From contig JAGXAC010000001.1 in the NCBI GenBank assembly GCA_019075925.1, positions 2,205-66,204 of the forward strand: a stretch of DNA of 64,000 nucleotides. Direction: 5' to 3'. The notes below the pieces were generated by a model. The model saw only the letters and a program-made list of their open reading frames with translations. It had not been told where the DNA came from and ran no database searches. A program made the position numbers and the translations under genes. Shown here in pieces: positions 18,878 through 29,580 of this stretch (positions within the stretch are counted from its first letter, which is position 1; every line of letters begins with the position of its first letter). Source of the stretch: Hyphomicrobiales bacterium (GTDB lineage: Bacteria > Pseudomonadota > Alphaproteobacteria > Rhizobiales > Xanthobacteraceae).

Positions 18878-20863
18878 TCACTCCGCGGCCACTCGCAGCG
18901 CCGCCACCTTGGCAGGTCGCGGCGCACCGACCCGCAACCGCCGGTCGGACAAGGACAGCGCGCCGCCAATAAACATGATCACAGCGCCGAGCCAGATCAT
19001 CAGGACCTGCGGCTTGAAATAAAGCCGTACTGGAACACTGCCGTCGGGATTTGGATCGCCAAGCGAAAGGTAGATTTGATTGAGACGCCTTGACATCAAC
19101 GCGGCCTCGGTGGTCGCCATATTGCGCGCCGGGAAGGTTCGGCGGCTCGGCTCCATGGCGCCAAGAAGCTCCCCGCCCGTCCGACGCACAGTGAAATGGC
19201 CGACCAGGTCGCTGTAATTCGGGCCCGGACGCGCGAACGTACCGTCAAACGTAAGCCGGAAGTGCGCGATATCGATGTTGTCGCCGGGCTTGAGCGCGGC
19301 GATGCGCTCGGAGCCCCAGGCGGTCACTGCGACAATCCCCATCAGCGTCACGCCGATGCCGAAATGTGCGAACGCTCCCCCCCAGGCGGAGCGCGGTAAT
19401 CCGATCGCGCGGCGCAACATCGCAGCGGGCGGTATGCGCAGGAACATGGTTCGTTCCGCCAGATCAACCAGCGCGCCCGCCATGATGAAGACCGCGACTC
19501 CGACGCCGAACGGAGCCAGGACCGGCCCATTCCGCTGCAGGGCGAAACTCGCCGCAATCGCCAGCGCGGCAAGTATCGTAGCGGCGAGGAGCCGTTGCGC
19601 CGCTGCGAGCAGGTCGCCACGTTTCCAGCCGAGTAACGGACCGAACGGCATGGCGATCAACAACGGCAGAAACAGCGGCCCAAACGTCAGATTGAAAAAC
19701 GGCGGCCCGACCGAAATCTTGTCACCGGTCAGCGCTTCGAGCGCCAACGGATAGAGCGTGCCGACGAAGACGGTGGCGCAGGCGCTGGTCAGAAACAGGT
19801 TATTGAAGACGAGCGCACCTTCACGCGAGATCGGCGCAAACAATCCGCCCTGCTTCAACAGTGGCGCGCGCCACGCATAAAGCGCCAGCGCACCGCCAAT
19901 GAAGCAGATAAGAATGGCCAGGATGAAAATGCCGCGCCGCGGATCGTTGGCGAAAGCATGTACCGACGTCAGCACGCCCGAGCGCACGAGGAAGGTACCG
20001 ATCAGCGATAGCGAAAAGGCAATGATCGCAAGCAGGATGGTCCAGACTTTGAGTGCCCCTCGCTTTTCCATCACCACCGCGGAATGCAGGAGCGCCGTGC
20101 CGGCAAGCCACGGCATCAGTGAAGCATTCTCCACCGGATCCCAAAACCAAAAGCCGCCCCAGCCAAGCTCGTAATAAGCCCAATACGAGCCGCCCGCGAT
20201 GCCGAGCGTCAGGCACATCCAGGCGCCGAGCACCCATGGGCGCGTGAACCGGGCCCAAGCCGCGTCGATGCGTCCTTCAAGCAACGCCGCGATTGCGAAC
20301 GAAAAGACGATCGAAAAGCCGACATAGCCCAAATAAAGCATCGGCGGATGGAAAGCGAGGCCAGGATCTTGCAGAACCGGATTGAGGTCGCGGCCCTGAA
20401 ATGGCGCATTGGCAATGCGTACGAACGGATTGGACGTGATGAGAATGAAAAGCTCGAAAGCTGCGGCAATCCAGGCCTGCACGGCAAGCGCGTTGGCTTT
20501 GAGCTTGGCGGGCAAGTTCGTCCCGAGCGCCGCGACGAGCGCTCCAAACAACGTAAGGATAGAGACCCACAGCATCATCGAGCCTTCGTGATTGCCCCAG
20601 ACGCTGGTGAACCGATACAGCAACGGCATCGTCGAATTTGAATTTTCGTAGACGTTGAGTACGGAGAAATCCGATGTGACGTAGCAGGTGGCAAGCGCGA
20701 GAAACGCCATGGCGACGAAGGCGAATTGCGCCAGTGCGGTCGGCACCGCCATGCTCATCAACACGACGTCGTTGTTGCGCGTTCCGATAATCGGCATCAC
20801 GCTTTGAATGAGCGAGAGCCCGAGCGCCAGCATGAGCGCGTAATGGCCTAGTTCGGCAATCAC
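18878..20863 (-). CDS. ccmF: Cytochrome c heme lyase subunit CcmF (CycK)
   Basis: 661-aa polytopic membrane protein with the [12 protein letters not shown] tryptophan-rich motif. Confidence 0.93.
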   Translation of the reverse strand: MIAELGHYALMLALGLSLIQSVMPIIGTRNNDVVLMSMAVPTALAQFAFVAMAFLALATCYVTSDFSVLNVYENSNSTMPLLYRFTSVWGNHEGSMMLWVSILTLFGALVAALGTNLPAKLKANALAVQAWIAAAFELFILITSNPFVRIANAPFQGRDLNPVLQDPGLAFHPPMLYLGYVGFSIVFSFAIAALLEGRIDAAWARFTRPWVLGAWMCLTLGIAGGSYWAYYELGWGGFWFWDPVENASLMPWLAGTALLHSAVVMEKRGALKVWTILLAIIAFSLSLIGTFLVRSGVLTSVHAFANDPRRGIFILAILICFIGGALALYAWRAPLLKQGGLFAPISREGALVFNNLFLTSACATVFVGTLYPLALEALTGDKISVGPPFFNLTFGPLFLPLLIAMPFGPLLGWKRGDLLAAAQRLLAATILAALAIAASFALQRNGPVLAPFGVGVAVFIMAGALVDLAERTMFLRIPPAAMLRRAIGLPRSAWGGAFAHFGIGVTLMGIVAVTAWGSERIAALKPGDNIDIAHFRLTFDGTFARPGPNYSDLVGHFTVRRTGGELLGAMEPSRRTFPARNMATTEAALMSRRLNQIYLSLGDPNPDGSVPVRLYFKPQVLMIWLGAVIMFIGGALSLSDRRLRVGAPRPAKVAALRVAAE

Positions 20864-21336
20864 TTATTGGGTCCTCCGACCGGCATCGCCGCACGCCGGC
20901 CGTACTCGTCCTTCCAGTGGCCTGATTTCTTCAGGGCGTCGGCGACCTCTTTCGGCATGTAAGTTTCGTCGTGTTTGGCGAGAATAGTGTCGGCTTTGAA
21001 CAGACCGGCAGAGTCAAACGCCCCTTCAGCCACGACCCCCTGGCCCTCACGAAACAGATCGGGCAGTACCCCTTGATACGCGACCTTTGTTTCGTGGCTG
21101 CCATCGGTAACCTCGAAGTGGACACTCATGTGGTCGCCGCGCACCAGACTTCCAGTCTTGACCAAGCCACCGAGCCGAATTCGCGTACCCGGCACGATGT
21201 GCTTCTCCGCGACATCGCTCGGCGAATTGAAGAACACAATATTATCGCGGAATGCGTTGAGCATGAGCGCAACCGCAACCGCCAACACCGCAATGCCACC
21301 GCCGATCAGACTCAAGCGCCGCTGCTTACGCGTCAT
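20860..21336 (-). CDS. ccmE: Cytochrome c heme chaperone CcmE (CycJ)
   Basis: 158 aa with an N-terminal anchor and the [12 protein letters not shown] heme-binding His region. It overlaps ccmF by 4 nt. Confidence 0.92.
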   Translation of the reverse strand: MTRKQRRLSLIGGGIAVLAVAVALMLNAFRDNIVFFNSPSDVAEKHIVPGTRIRLGGLVKTGSLVRGDHMSVHFEVTDGSHETKVAYQGVLPDLFREGQGVVAEGAFDSAGLFKADTILAKHDETYMPKEVADALKKSGHWKDEYGRRAAMPVGGPNK

Positions 21337-21366
21337 GTAAATTGTCTTCCCGGCATGATCGGCCCA

Positions 21367-22485
21367 TTAACTCTCGATCCCGAGGCCTTTGACGAGATCG
21401 TCGACCCGCTTGATCTCTTCAGGATGATCGGCCAGCGCGCGGCGGGCTTCCGCGGCAGCGTTCCTTGCCTTGTCGCGATCGCCAAGCACGGCATACGCCC
21501 GCACGAGCCGCAGCCAACCGTCGACATCGGCGCCGTTGTCATGCAGTCGGGATTCAAGGCCGGCGACCATGCCGCGGATCATATCGTTGCGCTGATCGTC
21601 GGTCATCTTTGCGGCGGCGGCGACATCGTTGGCACTGGGCCCGGGCACAGTGGTCGTCTGGCCCAACCGTGCCAACGCCGCGCGCACGAACCCCGCCCAG
21701 GGCGCGTTAGGCGGAGCCTCGGCCAAAAGCGTTCGCCAAATCGACCCCGCCGCGTCGGCGTTGCCGTCCTGCTCGGCGGCAAGACCCAGAAAATACCCAG
21801 CCTTTGCTTCGTGGGGATCAAGTGCCCTCGCCCGCTCGAATGTCGCCTTGGCTTCGGCGGTGACGACGCCATTAGCGGCCGCCACCTCGGCCTCACCGAG
21901 ATCGGCCCGTCGCTTCGCCGTCTCGCCTCCGAGCGCCAGAACCTTCTTACGCGCTGCGACCGCATCATCGAAGCGGCCAAGCTTCAGATAAACCGGCGCG
22001 ATCAATTCCCAGCCAGTAGCGTCGTTTGGGTCCTGCGCCAAATGCGCTTCGACTTGACTGACCAGACTTGCAATCGACTCGCCGCCTTGCGGGGTTTTGA
22101 CGCGGGCGAAAGCCGGCTCGCCGGCGATGTTCGGAGATCCAAGCGCAAGGTAGAGGGCGGGCGCCCCAAACGGCAAAATGAGCAAGACCGCGACAGCCGC
22201 GACACGCCGAAGGCGCAGGCCCCGTTGCGTCGCGACAATCGATTCTGTCGGTCGCTGCTTTTCGGCCGCAGCCAGCAATCGCCGCGACACTTCCAGGCGC
22301 GCGGCTTCCGCCTCAACGTCACCGATCAGACCCGTGGCACGGTCGCGGTCGATCTCTTCCAATTGATCTTTGTAAACCGCCACGTCGCTGCCGCCGCCGA
22401 CCTTCTGCCGCCGGCGCCCAAGCGGCCATAACACGGCAAGGACTGCCGCGGCGGTCATCACCGCAAAAATGCACCATAAAATCAT
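21367..22485 (-). CDS. ccmI: c-type cytochrome biogenesis protein CcmI (CycH), TPR-containing
   Basis: The ATG at 22485 (MILWCIFAVMTAAAVLAVLWPL...) gives 372 aa with two TM segments and C-terminal TPR-like repeats. It lies upstream of ccmE-F-H. Confidence 0.85.
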   Translation of the reverse strand: MILWCIFAVMTAAAVLAVLWPLGRRRQKVGGGSDVAVYKDQLEEIDRDRATGLIGDVEAEAARLEVSRRLLAAAEKQRPTESIVATQRGLRLRRVAAVAVLLILPFGAPALYLALGSPNIAGEPAFARVKTPQGGESIASLVSQVEAHLAQDPNDATGWELIAPVYLKLGRFDDAVAARKKVLALGGETAKRRADLGEAEVAAANGVVTAEAKATFERARALDPHEAKAGYFLGLAAEQDGNADAAGSIWRTLLAEAPPNAPWAGFVRAALARLGQTTTVPGPSANDVAAAAKMTDDQRNDMIRGMVAGLESRLHDNGADVDGWLRLVRAYAVLGDRDKARNAAAEARRALADHPEEIKRVDDLVKGLGIES

Positions 22486-22665
22486 TGTCGCCCTTTGGCC
22501 GGCAGACGAAGAACTGCAATAGAAACGCGCAGTTGCATCGTGCCTTTTAACATCATCACGGTGCCAATGCGGCCGCAATAGGAAGGACGGCGCGGCAATT
22601 GCGCGCTGTCGGCCAATCCCCGGTTATCCCCCGGGACTGGCGGCCGGCGCGGCGGCTCGCCGCAC

Positions 22666-24102
22666 TCAAGCCCGCGCGGATTTTCGTTCGGCGTTGGCCG
22701 TCTGGACGGCGATCTCGGACGCCTTCGCCAACAGACCCGCGTAGTCTGCTCCAAATACCACCCGACAGAAGCGGATAGCAGCGTCAACTTGCGATTGTCG
22801 GAACGGCCGGTCGGCATCACCGGCGTGACGAAGTCCATCCAGCAGGACTTTCGCCCCGCTTTCCAGATAAAGCTGCAATTCCGAATAGCTACGCATGGTC
22901 GCCTCGTTGACCGCCAGTTCGTTGGCATGGTTGCGGCAAGCGCCGACAAATTCAACCAGCGTCTCGACCTCGCGGACGTCGGTGGCATCCAGCAAAGACC
23001 CAGCGACGACTTCCTTCGCCGACCGCGGGCGCAGCAAACGCCGCACCCGGCCGGGCGTTGTCTCAATCTCAGCCTTGAGCAAGTTTGAAACTTCGGTGCG
23101 GATGGCGGTAAGACGGCGGCTCCAGGGCGAGTCACCCGACAAATCGATCTCGGTGCGCAATCCTCGTACCGTATCGTGGATGGCCTTGAGCAAGCCGGTG
23201 ACCGGCCGGTGGAGCTTTAGCTCGGCCCGCAAATCGCCAACCATGCATTCAAGCTCGCCGATAACGATCGTCACCGCTATCGCAAACGGAGTTTCAGCAA
23301 TGCGGCCGGCAGCGTCGCTTTCGGCCGCGTAGGTGGCGATGCGAATGAGCTGCCATGGCGCGGACAACCGGCTCATGGCCAGAATAAAGCCGTAAAGGAA
23401 CAGATCGGCCTTGGCGACCGCCGCGGCGGAGGGCTTCTGCGCCGCGGCCCCTTCCAGCATTGTCTTCACGCTCTCGATTTGCTCGCGCTCGAACGAACGT
23501 AGATGGTTTGGCAGCCGCCGCGCCAAATCCGAAAGCACGTCGCGTTGTGCCAATACGGCGGCGAGAATTTCCAAGTCCTCCAATGCGCGCGGCGTACCGA
23601 CCTGGACCGCGAGTCGGCGACGCGCTCTGTCATCGTGGTTTACCGACGCTATCGTGTCTTTGATGCGTTGGTGCGCGCGATCGTGAAGTGCGCGCATCAA
23701 TTGCTCGGCCTTGGTCCTATCATTCTCGGACAAAGCGCGGTTCACGTCTTCGCCCAAAGTCTTGACCTCGGCGGGCAAAAGATCGCGGCCGATCCACTCC
23801 CAAATCGGATCAAGCGAGACCCGCGCGAGACGTCCGAGCCGCTTATGGTCGGCAGGACCGTCGATCAGGAACGGTTCGAGCGGCAGGAAGAACAGGCGTG
23901 CCGCGTCACCGATCCGCGGCACCGGCTGCCCGTATTCGCGAATGGTGCGACGCAGTTCCTCAAGGATGAGTTCGCCGCCGGGGGCCTGCTCTCCGCGCAA
24001 GGACGCCCGTTCAAGTTCGGCGACCAGCAAAGCACGAGCCCCTGGCGCCAGCGTCCGGAGGTAGTCGCGCAGCTTTTCAACGGCTGGACCGCCGCCGGTC
24101 AT
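22666..24102 (-). CDS. Hypothetical protein, 478 aa, predicted all-helical and soluble
   Basis: Long ORF with coding-like composition. ATG preceded by GGTGGA. I recognise no motif. Confidence 0.65.
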   Translation of the reverse strand: MTGGGPAVEKLRDYLRTLAPGARALLVAELERASLRGEQAPGGELILEELRRTIREYGQPVPRIGDAARLFFLPLEPFLIDGPADHKRLGRLARVSLDPIWEWIGRDLLPAEVKTLGEDVNRALSENDRTKAEQLMRALHDRAHQRIKDTIASVNHDDRARRRLAVQVGTPRALEDLEILAAVLAQRDVLSDLARRLPNHLRSFEREQIESVKTMLEGAAAQKPSAAAVAKADLFLYGFILAMSRLSAPWQLIRIATYAAESDAAGRIAETPFAIAVTIVIGELECMVGDLRAELKLHRPVTGLLKAIHDTVRGLRTEIDLSGDSPWSRRLTAIRTEVSNLLKAEIETTPGRVRRLLRPRSAKEVVAGSLLDATDVREVETLVEFVGACRNHANELAVNEATMRSYSELQLYLESGAKVLLDGLRHAGDADRPFRQSQVDAAIRFCRVVFGADYAGLLAKASEIAVQTANAERKSARA

Positions 24103-24240
24103 CGTCCACCCTTAAGCGACCCTATTGCCCGTGGACCGTTTTAGGGGTCCGGCGCTTAAAAACCCGTTACGCAAACCGGCGGAGATTCAGGGGCATAGCT
24201 GTGGCCTCAAGACGGTGCTCAGACCTTGTGGCAGGCGGTT

Positions 24241-24678
24241 TTAGCTGGCTGGCGCCCAGGTCCCGTCAGAACCGCGGCAGGCGGTGCCGCGTTCGCTTTG
24301 CGGCCGGCCCTCGATAAAGACCGTGTGGGTATATTGACGGCAAGGTACGCCGTTAATTTGGTAAACCGGCCCCGGAACGACATTGCCGTAACGGCCTGAA
24401 TCCGGGTTTCGCCAGGCGACCGGAGCGCCGGAGGGTCCGGTTTCCAACGCCCGCATCTGCGCCGCGTAAGCGCGCCGTTTATCGTCCTCGTCAAGTGCAG
24501 CGCCAATGCGATTGCCTAGGAAGGCGTCAACCGCAGAACCAGCCGGGACGCCGGCCACCCGCGTGCCGACGTTCGCGCCCGAAATGGCGCCGTCGGCGTC
24601 CTTTGGTCCGGAATTGGCTGAGCAAGCCGCCAAACCCAGTCCGGCCAAACCCAAGGCAACGAATTTTGCCGCCAGCAT
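24241..24678 (-). CDS. Lipoprotein, surface-antigen-like (C-terminal paired-Cys motif)
   Basis: Signal peptide with lipobox MLAAKFVALGLAGLGLAAC. C-terminus ...VPCRQYTH...GTACRGSDGTW. The ORF can extend to GTG 24738, directly abutting the kinase stop. Confidence 0.65.
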   Translation of the reverse strand: MLAAKFVALGLAGLGLAACSANSGPKDADGAISGANVGTRVAGVPAGSAVDAFLGNRIGAALDEDDKRRAYAAQMRALETGPSGAPVAWRNPDSGRYGNVVPGPVYQINGVPCRQYTHTVFIEGRPQSERGTACRGSDGTWAPAS

Positions 24679-24738
24679 TGCGCCCCCAAGGGACCGCGGT
24701 GGCATAGACGCGGGATGATTACGACGAAACTCTGTCAC

Positions 24739-26106
24739 CTAGCCGGCAGGCAGCGCAAGCTCGGCTCGCAGCCCACCGATTGGCGCGGTGCCGAGCGTCA
24801 GCACGCCGCCATAAAGGCCCGCCAGCTCAACCACGATGGAAAGTCCCAGGCCCGAGCCAGGCTTGCTCTCGTCGAGCCGCCGGCCGCGCATTGCCACCTG
24901 CTCGCGTTCCGCCGGCGATAGTCCCGGACCGTCGTCGTCGACAATAACGCGTACTCTTGAGTTGCCGCCGCCTGCCGGCGGCTCTGCCGTAACTTCGATT
25001 GCGACGCGCGACTGCGCCCATTTGCAGGCATTGTCGACCAAATTCCCGATCATCTCCTCAAGATCCTGCTGCTCGCCGCGAAACCGCGCCTGATCCGGGA
25101 CGTCGACCGCGATGGCAATGTCACGCTCGCGATGCAGCTTCTCCATCGTTCGAGCAAGCGCGGTGGCGACTGGTGGAACATCGACCAGCGTCCCGACGAC
25201 GGCGGAGCGTGCGGCAAGTCGCGCCCGTTCAAGCTGCCGCGCAACCTGGTCGCGCATGATGTCAGCCTGTTCGAGGACTTTTTGCGCCAACGGATCGCCG
25301 CTGCGTGCCGCAGCCTCATTGACGATGACCGAAAGCGGTGTCTTCAGCGCGTGGGCAAGGTTGCCGACATGAGTGCGAGCCCGCTCGACGATTTCACGGT
25401 TGGCTTCGATGAGGGCGTTGGTCTCGCGCGCGAGCGGCGCGATCTCGACAGGAAACTCACCTTCCAAACGCTCGGCACGGCCCGAGCGGATCGCTGCGAG
25501 GCTTTCCGAAATACGCTTGAGAGGCGACAATCCGAAGCGAACCTGAAAAACGGTAGTCAGCAGCAGCGCTGCCGCAAGCGCAGCGAAAATTCCCCCGATG
25601 GTGCGATCAAAGCTCCGCGTTTCGTCGTCGATCTCGGAAGCGTCGCCCGCCACCTCGATCCGATAACGGCCGTCGTCACCGAGATCGATGTTGCGCTCCA
25701 CTTGACGAAGCCGCACGTCTTCCGGGCCCTGAGCATAGCCCTTGCGATAACCGCCGGAGGCTTCGTCGGCAGCGGTAAGCCTCGGAAGATTTGAGTCCCA
25801 CAGCGACCGCGATAAATGAACTTCGGGTTTCGAAGTATCGAGCCGGGTGACCTGCCAATACCAGCCCGAAAGCGGCAGTTCGAAGAGCGGCTCACCGATC
25901 GACTGCGGAAATTTGCCGGCGCCTTCCTCGGGCGACGCCACATCGGCGACGAGCGTACGCAAGTAAACGTCGAGCCGGCGATCGAACGCACGCTCGACGG
26001 CGTGGCGGTAAAGTGACGACAGCGCGACACCGGTGACGATAAGGATCACCACGGTCAACCCAGTTGCCCACAGAAACAGGCGGAACGCGAGCGAATTAGC
26101 GCGCAT
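24739..26106 (-). CDS. HAMP-domain sensor histidine kinase
   Basis: The ATG at 26106 (MRANSLAFRLFLWATG...) overlaps the response-regulator stop (ATGCGCGCTAA). H-box VGNLAHALKTPLSVI; G-boxes DDGPGL and GSGLGLSI. Confidence 0.88.
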   Translation of the reverse strand: MRANSLAFRLFLWATGLTVVILIVTGVALSSLYRHAVERAFDRRLDVYLRTLVADVASPEEGAGKFPQSIGEPLFELPLSGWYWQVTRLDTSKPEVHLSRSLWDSNLPRLTAADEASGGYRKGYAQGPEDVRLRQVERNIDLGDDGRYRIEVAGDASEIDDETRSFDRTIGGIFAALAAALLLTTVFQVRFGLSPLKRISESLAAIRSGRAERLEGEFPVEIAPLARETNALIEANREIVERARTHVGNLAHALKTPLSVIVNEAAARSGDPLAQKVLEQADIMRDQVARQLERARLAARSAVVGTLVDVPPVATALARTMEKLHRERDIAIAVDVPDQARFRGEQQDLEEMIGNLVDNACKWAQSRVAIEVTAEPPAGGGNSRVRVIVDDDGPGLSPAEREQVAMRGRRLDESKPGSGLGLSIVVELAGLYGGVLTLGTAPIGGLRAELALPAG

Positions 26107-26764
26107 CGGGCGGGGTGAGCAGATAGCCGAGACCGCGCACCGTCTGAATGACGTCGACCCCGAGCTTTTTGCGAATACGGCCGACAAATACCTCGATGGT
26201 GTTTGAATCGCGGTCGAAGTCCTGATCGTACAAATGCTCCACCAATTCCGTGCGCGACACCACCCGGCCGGTGTGATGCATCAAATAAGATAACAGCCGA
26301 TATTCATGCGACGTCAGCTTCACCGGATTGCCTTCGACTGCGACGCGGCCGGTACGGGTGTCGAGCCGAACCGGCCCACACGTGAACTCGCTCTTGGCAT
26401 GACCCGCCGAGCGCCGCAGCAGTGCGCGAACGCGCGCCAGCACTTCCTCGAGATGGAATGGCTTGGCGACATAGTCGTCGGCGCCGGCATCGAAACCCTG
26501 TACCTTGTCGCTCCAGCGATCGCGCGCGGTAAGAATCAATACCGGCATGGCGCGGCCGGCGCGCCGCCAGGATTCCAGCACCGAGATGCCGTCAATTTTG
26601 GGCAGGCCGATGTCGAGGATGACTGCGTCGTAAGGCTCGCTTTCGCCGAGATAATGCCCCTCCTCGCCGTCGAACGCGCGATCGACGACATAGCCGGCGT
26701 CGGTCAGCGCGGTCGCCAGCTGTCGGTTGAGGTCCGGATCGTCTTCGACAACGAGAAGGCGCAA
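26096..26764 (-). CDS. OmpR/PhoB-family response regulator
   Basis: 222 aa, MRLLVVEDDPDLNRQL..., with a receiver Asp in the VILDIGLP context and a winged-helix C-terminus. Confidence 0.9.
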   Translation of the reverse strand: MRLLVVEDDPDLNRQLATALTDAGYVVDRAFDGEEGHYLGESEPYDAVILDIGLPKIDGISVLESWRRAGRAMPVLILTARDRWSDKVQGFDAGADDYVAKPFHLEEVLARVRALLRRSAGHAKSEFTCGPVRLDTRTGRVAVEGNPVKLTSHEYRLLSYLMHHTGRVVSRTELVEHLYDQDFDRDSNTIEVFVGRIRKKLGVDVIQTVRGLGYLLTPPDAR

Positions 26765-26777
26765 AAATGAGCTCCGC

Positions 26778-27116
26778 TCAGCGCTCGCCGACCAGGGTTC
26801 CCTTGACCGCGTCGACGACGACGCGGATCACTTTGCCATCGTGGGCGAGAACTGTCAGCACATACACAAAGCCGTCGCCACGATGGCAAAGCCGTGCGCG
26901 GATCAGCGCGCCGGCCATATGCCCGCGCACGCCACGCATGGCAGCGGCCAGGCGCATGACGGCACCGCTGTCGACCAGGCTGCGACGCTCTTTTTGGTTG
27001 AGGCAGACGTGCGTCGCTTCGGCGTGAGCCGGACGCCCAACCTCCTCGGCGCGCGCCGGAACAATTGAAACGGCAAGCGCCAGGAGGGCGGCGGCGGACA
27101 CTCGTTTAACAATCAT
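26778..27116 (-). CDS. PepSY-domain secreted protein
   Basis: The ATG at 27116 gives 112 aa with signal peptide MIVKRVSAAALLALAVSIVPARA. The C-terminal pattern FVYVLTVLAHDGKVIRVVVDAVKGTLV is typical of PepSY. Confidence 0.7.
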   Translation of the reverse strand: MIVKRVSAAALLALAVSIVPARAEEVGRPAHAEATHVCLNQKERRSLVDSGAVMRLAAAMRGVRGHMAGALIRARLCHRGDGFVYVLTVLAHDGKVIRVVVDAVKGTLVGER

Positions 27117-27216
27117 AACACGCTCCTGCCAAGCCTCGCTTAGGGGTTTAGCAGTGAACCGGACCTGAACAGGGCCGATTTGCCGCGTCGGCACCCATCG
27201 AAAACCCGCCCAAAGG

Positions 27217-28842
27217 CTACTCCGCCGGGTCGGCGAGGCGCGCTGGACCATGTAACGGACGCTCCTCCAGTGCCAGCAGGCAGGTCAGCGCGATGGCCAG
27301 GAAAATGCCGGCGGCGGCGAATACCAGCCTGAAGGCCGGAGCGAAATCGGCGTGTCGAACCGCGACTTTCTCCAGATCGGGAATGCCGCCGTGCCCACCG
27401 GCACTGCCCAGCACAATGGCGCCGAATACAGCCACAATAATCGCTCCGCCCAGCAAACGGAAAAAGTTAAGCGTGCCGGTGGCGACGCCAAGCTGATGCA
27501 GCTTCACCGCGTTCTGCATAACGATCGTCGAGGTCGGATACATCGGTCCCATCGCCACACCGAGCAAGCCGAGCATGGCGCAGAATGTTCCCAGCGAGAG
27601 GCCGGCCACGTCAAACGCCAGAAACGCCAAGGCCACAATGCCGATCGCGAGACCGATGATGGGAACGCGCAGATAATGCTTCAGCCGTGCAAACAAACGT
27701 CCGGTTAGCAGCGAACCGATAGTGGCGCCCGCCATGAATGCGATCAACGCGACGCCGGAAACACTCGCCGACGCTCCGAGTACCATCTGGCAATAGAGAG
27801 GCGTGAAGATCGTAATCCCGATGATGCTGCCAATGCTGAAAAACGCGGCACAAGTGATCGTGCTCGTTATCCGGCCGTGCAGGATGGCCAGCGGAATGAA
27901 GGGTTCCCGTGCGGTGAGAAGTCTGCCGGCGAACAGCATCCACAGCGCGGCGGAGCCCACGAACAAACCAACGATTTGCCAGGACAGCCAACGATAATTC
28001 GTTCCTCCCCAATCAAGCCCCAACAGCAAAGCCACCGAAGCGGCGATCATGAAAGTCACCCCCGGAATATCGAGCCGGTGCGGGCGATCGTGCCGCGGCA
28101 AACTACGCAGCGCACGCGATGTCATCACCAGCGCAATGGCGCCGAGCGGCAGGTTGATCCAAAAGATAAACGACCAATGGAGATGATCCGTCAGTAAGCC
28201 GCCGAGCACGGGCCCGAGAATGCTCGCCGCCATGAACACGACGGACGTGTAGCTCTGGGCCATCGGCCGTTCGCGTGGTGTCAACAAGTCGGCAATTATG
28301 GTCTGTGCGATCGGAATTAATCCGCCGCCGCCGACACCTTGCAACGCCCGGCCGGTAACCAGGGTCCAAATGCCTGGCGCGAGCGCGCATACCAGCGAGC
28401 CGGCAATGAAAATGACGATCGCGAGCAGCATGATCGCGCGCCGGCCGTGAATATCTGTGAGCTTGCCGAACAACGGGGTCGCCGCTGTTGCGGCAAGGAG
28501 ATAAGCAGTCACGACCCAGGACAGATCATCCAAATCGGAGAGGCTTTTACCGATTGCCGGCAACGCCGGCGCCACGATGGTTTGCTCAAGCGCCGACAGG
28601 AACATCGCCAGCGCAATTCCGGCGATGATGGTGTTGACGGCAGCACGATCGATCGGCGGCAACGAGCGATGCGCCTCACCCGCCGAAGTCAAACCGGCTG
28701 CGAGGTTCATGGCCTCGTCCGGTATGAGCTCGCCAGGCGTGCCGGCAATCAGACCAGGGGTTCGGTCACGCGGTAGTTCCATGTACGGTCGACCATCATT
28801 CTCCATCCGTTTGGATGGGACGGTTGCTCCGTGCAACCGCAC
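27217..28842 (-). CDS. MFS transporter, DHA2/EmrB-like (about 14 TM segments)
   Basis: Polytopic ORF with MFS motifs (GKLTDIHGRR). The start is uncertain: GTG 28842, ATG 28806 or ATG 28782. Confidence 0.85.
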   Translation of the reverse strand: MRLHGATVPSKRMENDGRPYMELPRDRTPGLIAGTPGELIPDEAMNLAAGLTSAGEAHRSLPPIDRAAVNTIIAGIALAMFLSALEQTIVAPALPAIGKSLSDLDDLSWVVTAYLLAATAATPLFGKLTDIHGRRAIMLLAIVIFIAGSLVCALAPGIWTLVTGRALQGVGGGGLIPIAQTIIADLLTPRERPMAQSYTSVVFMAASILGPVLGGLLTDHLHWSFIFWINLPLGAIALVMTSRALRSLPRHDRPHRLDIPGVTFMIAASVALLLGLDWGGTNYRWLSWQIVGLFVGSAALWMLFAGRLLTAREPFIPLAILHGRITSTITCAAFFSIGSIIGITIFTPLYCQMVLGASASVSGVALIAFMAGATIGSLLTGRLFARLKHYLRVPIIGLAIGIVALAFLAFDVAGLSLGTFCAMLGLLGVAMGPMYPTSTIVMQNAVKLHQLGVATGTLNFFRLLGGAIIVAVFGAIVLGSAGGHGGIPDLEKVAVRHADFAPAFRLVFAAAGIFLAIALTCLLALEERPLHGPARLADPAE

Positions 28843-28905
28843 TTTGCGCAGAGCAGGCTTGCCGTTTGGCCCGGAGGCTCACCATGTATTTGGGGATGGC
28901 CCAAC

Positions 28906-29403
28906 TTACTTCGTGCGCCGCCTCGCTCCCTTTGGAAACTTCATCGGCCAACTGACGATGTAGTCCTCGAGCATGTCGTCGGGGATTTGCGTCTCACTTG
29001 CCCTCACCCGACCGCGTACCGAGATGCCGGCCTCGTGAACGGTTTCCCGATCTCCCGACACGAGCGGGTGCCACCAATAAAGGTCCTTGCCGGCGGCGAC
29101 CAGCACATAGGCGCAGGTCGGCGGCAGCCAGGTGATGGATTTGAGGTTCTTCGGCGTGAGCCGCACGCAATCGTCAACTTTGTCGAGGCGATGGGCGTAG
29201 TCGCGGCAACGGCAGGTCTTGCCGTTGAGCAGGCGGCAACCGACGTCGGTATAGTAGGTCCGGTCGGTGTCTTCTTCCTCGAGCTTGTTCAGGCAGCAGC
29301 GGCCGCACCCGTCGCAGAGGCTTTCCCATTCCGAATCAGTCATTTGTTCCAGCGACTTACGCTGCCAGAACGGACCGTCATCGGAGCTTTTCTCAGTCGA
29401 CAT
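28906..29403 (-). CDS. YcgN-family (UPF0260) cysteine-cluster protein
   Basis: 165 aa containing [17 protein letters not shown]...[15 protein letters not shown]. Confidence 0.8.
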   Translation of the reverse strand: MSTEKSSDDGPFWQRKSLEQMTDSEWESLCDGCGRCCLNKLEEEDTDRTYYTDVGCRLLNGKTCRCRDYAHRLDKVDDCVRLTPKNLKSITWLPPTCAYVLVAAGKDLYWWHPLVSGDRETVHEAGISVRGRVRASETQIPDDMLEDYIVSWPMKFPKGARRRTK

Positions 29404-29580
29404 GCGGTTACCAGCCGATTCTTTTAGGCGGGGCGGCGGCTCGCTGCAAAGAGTTTATGCCTAATTTGCCCCGTATTTCGTTCACACTGTCGACGGCCGA
29501 TGATTGGCCGTGGCTGCCGCCTCAGGTAAATGTCGTCCCACGCATAAAAGAGGGCAAGCCGCTCCGGGAGTGCGCACCGC

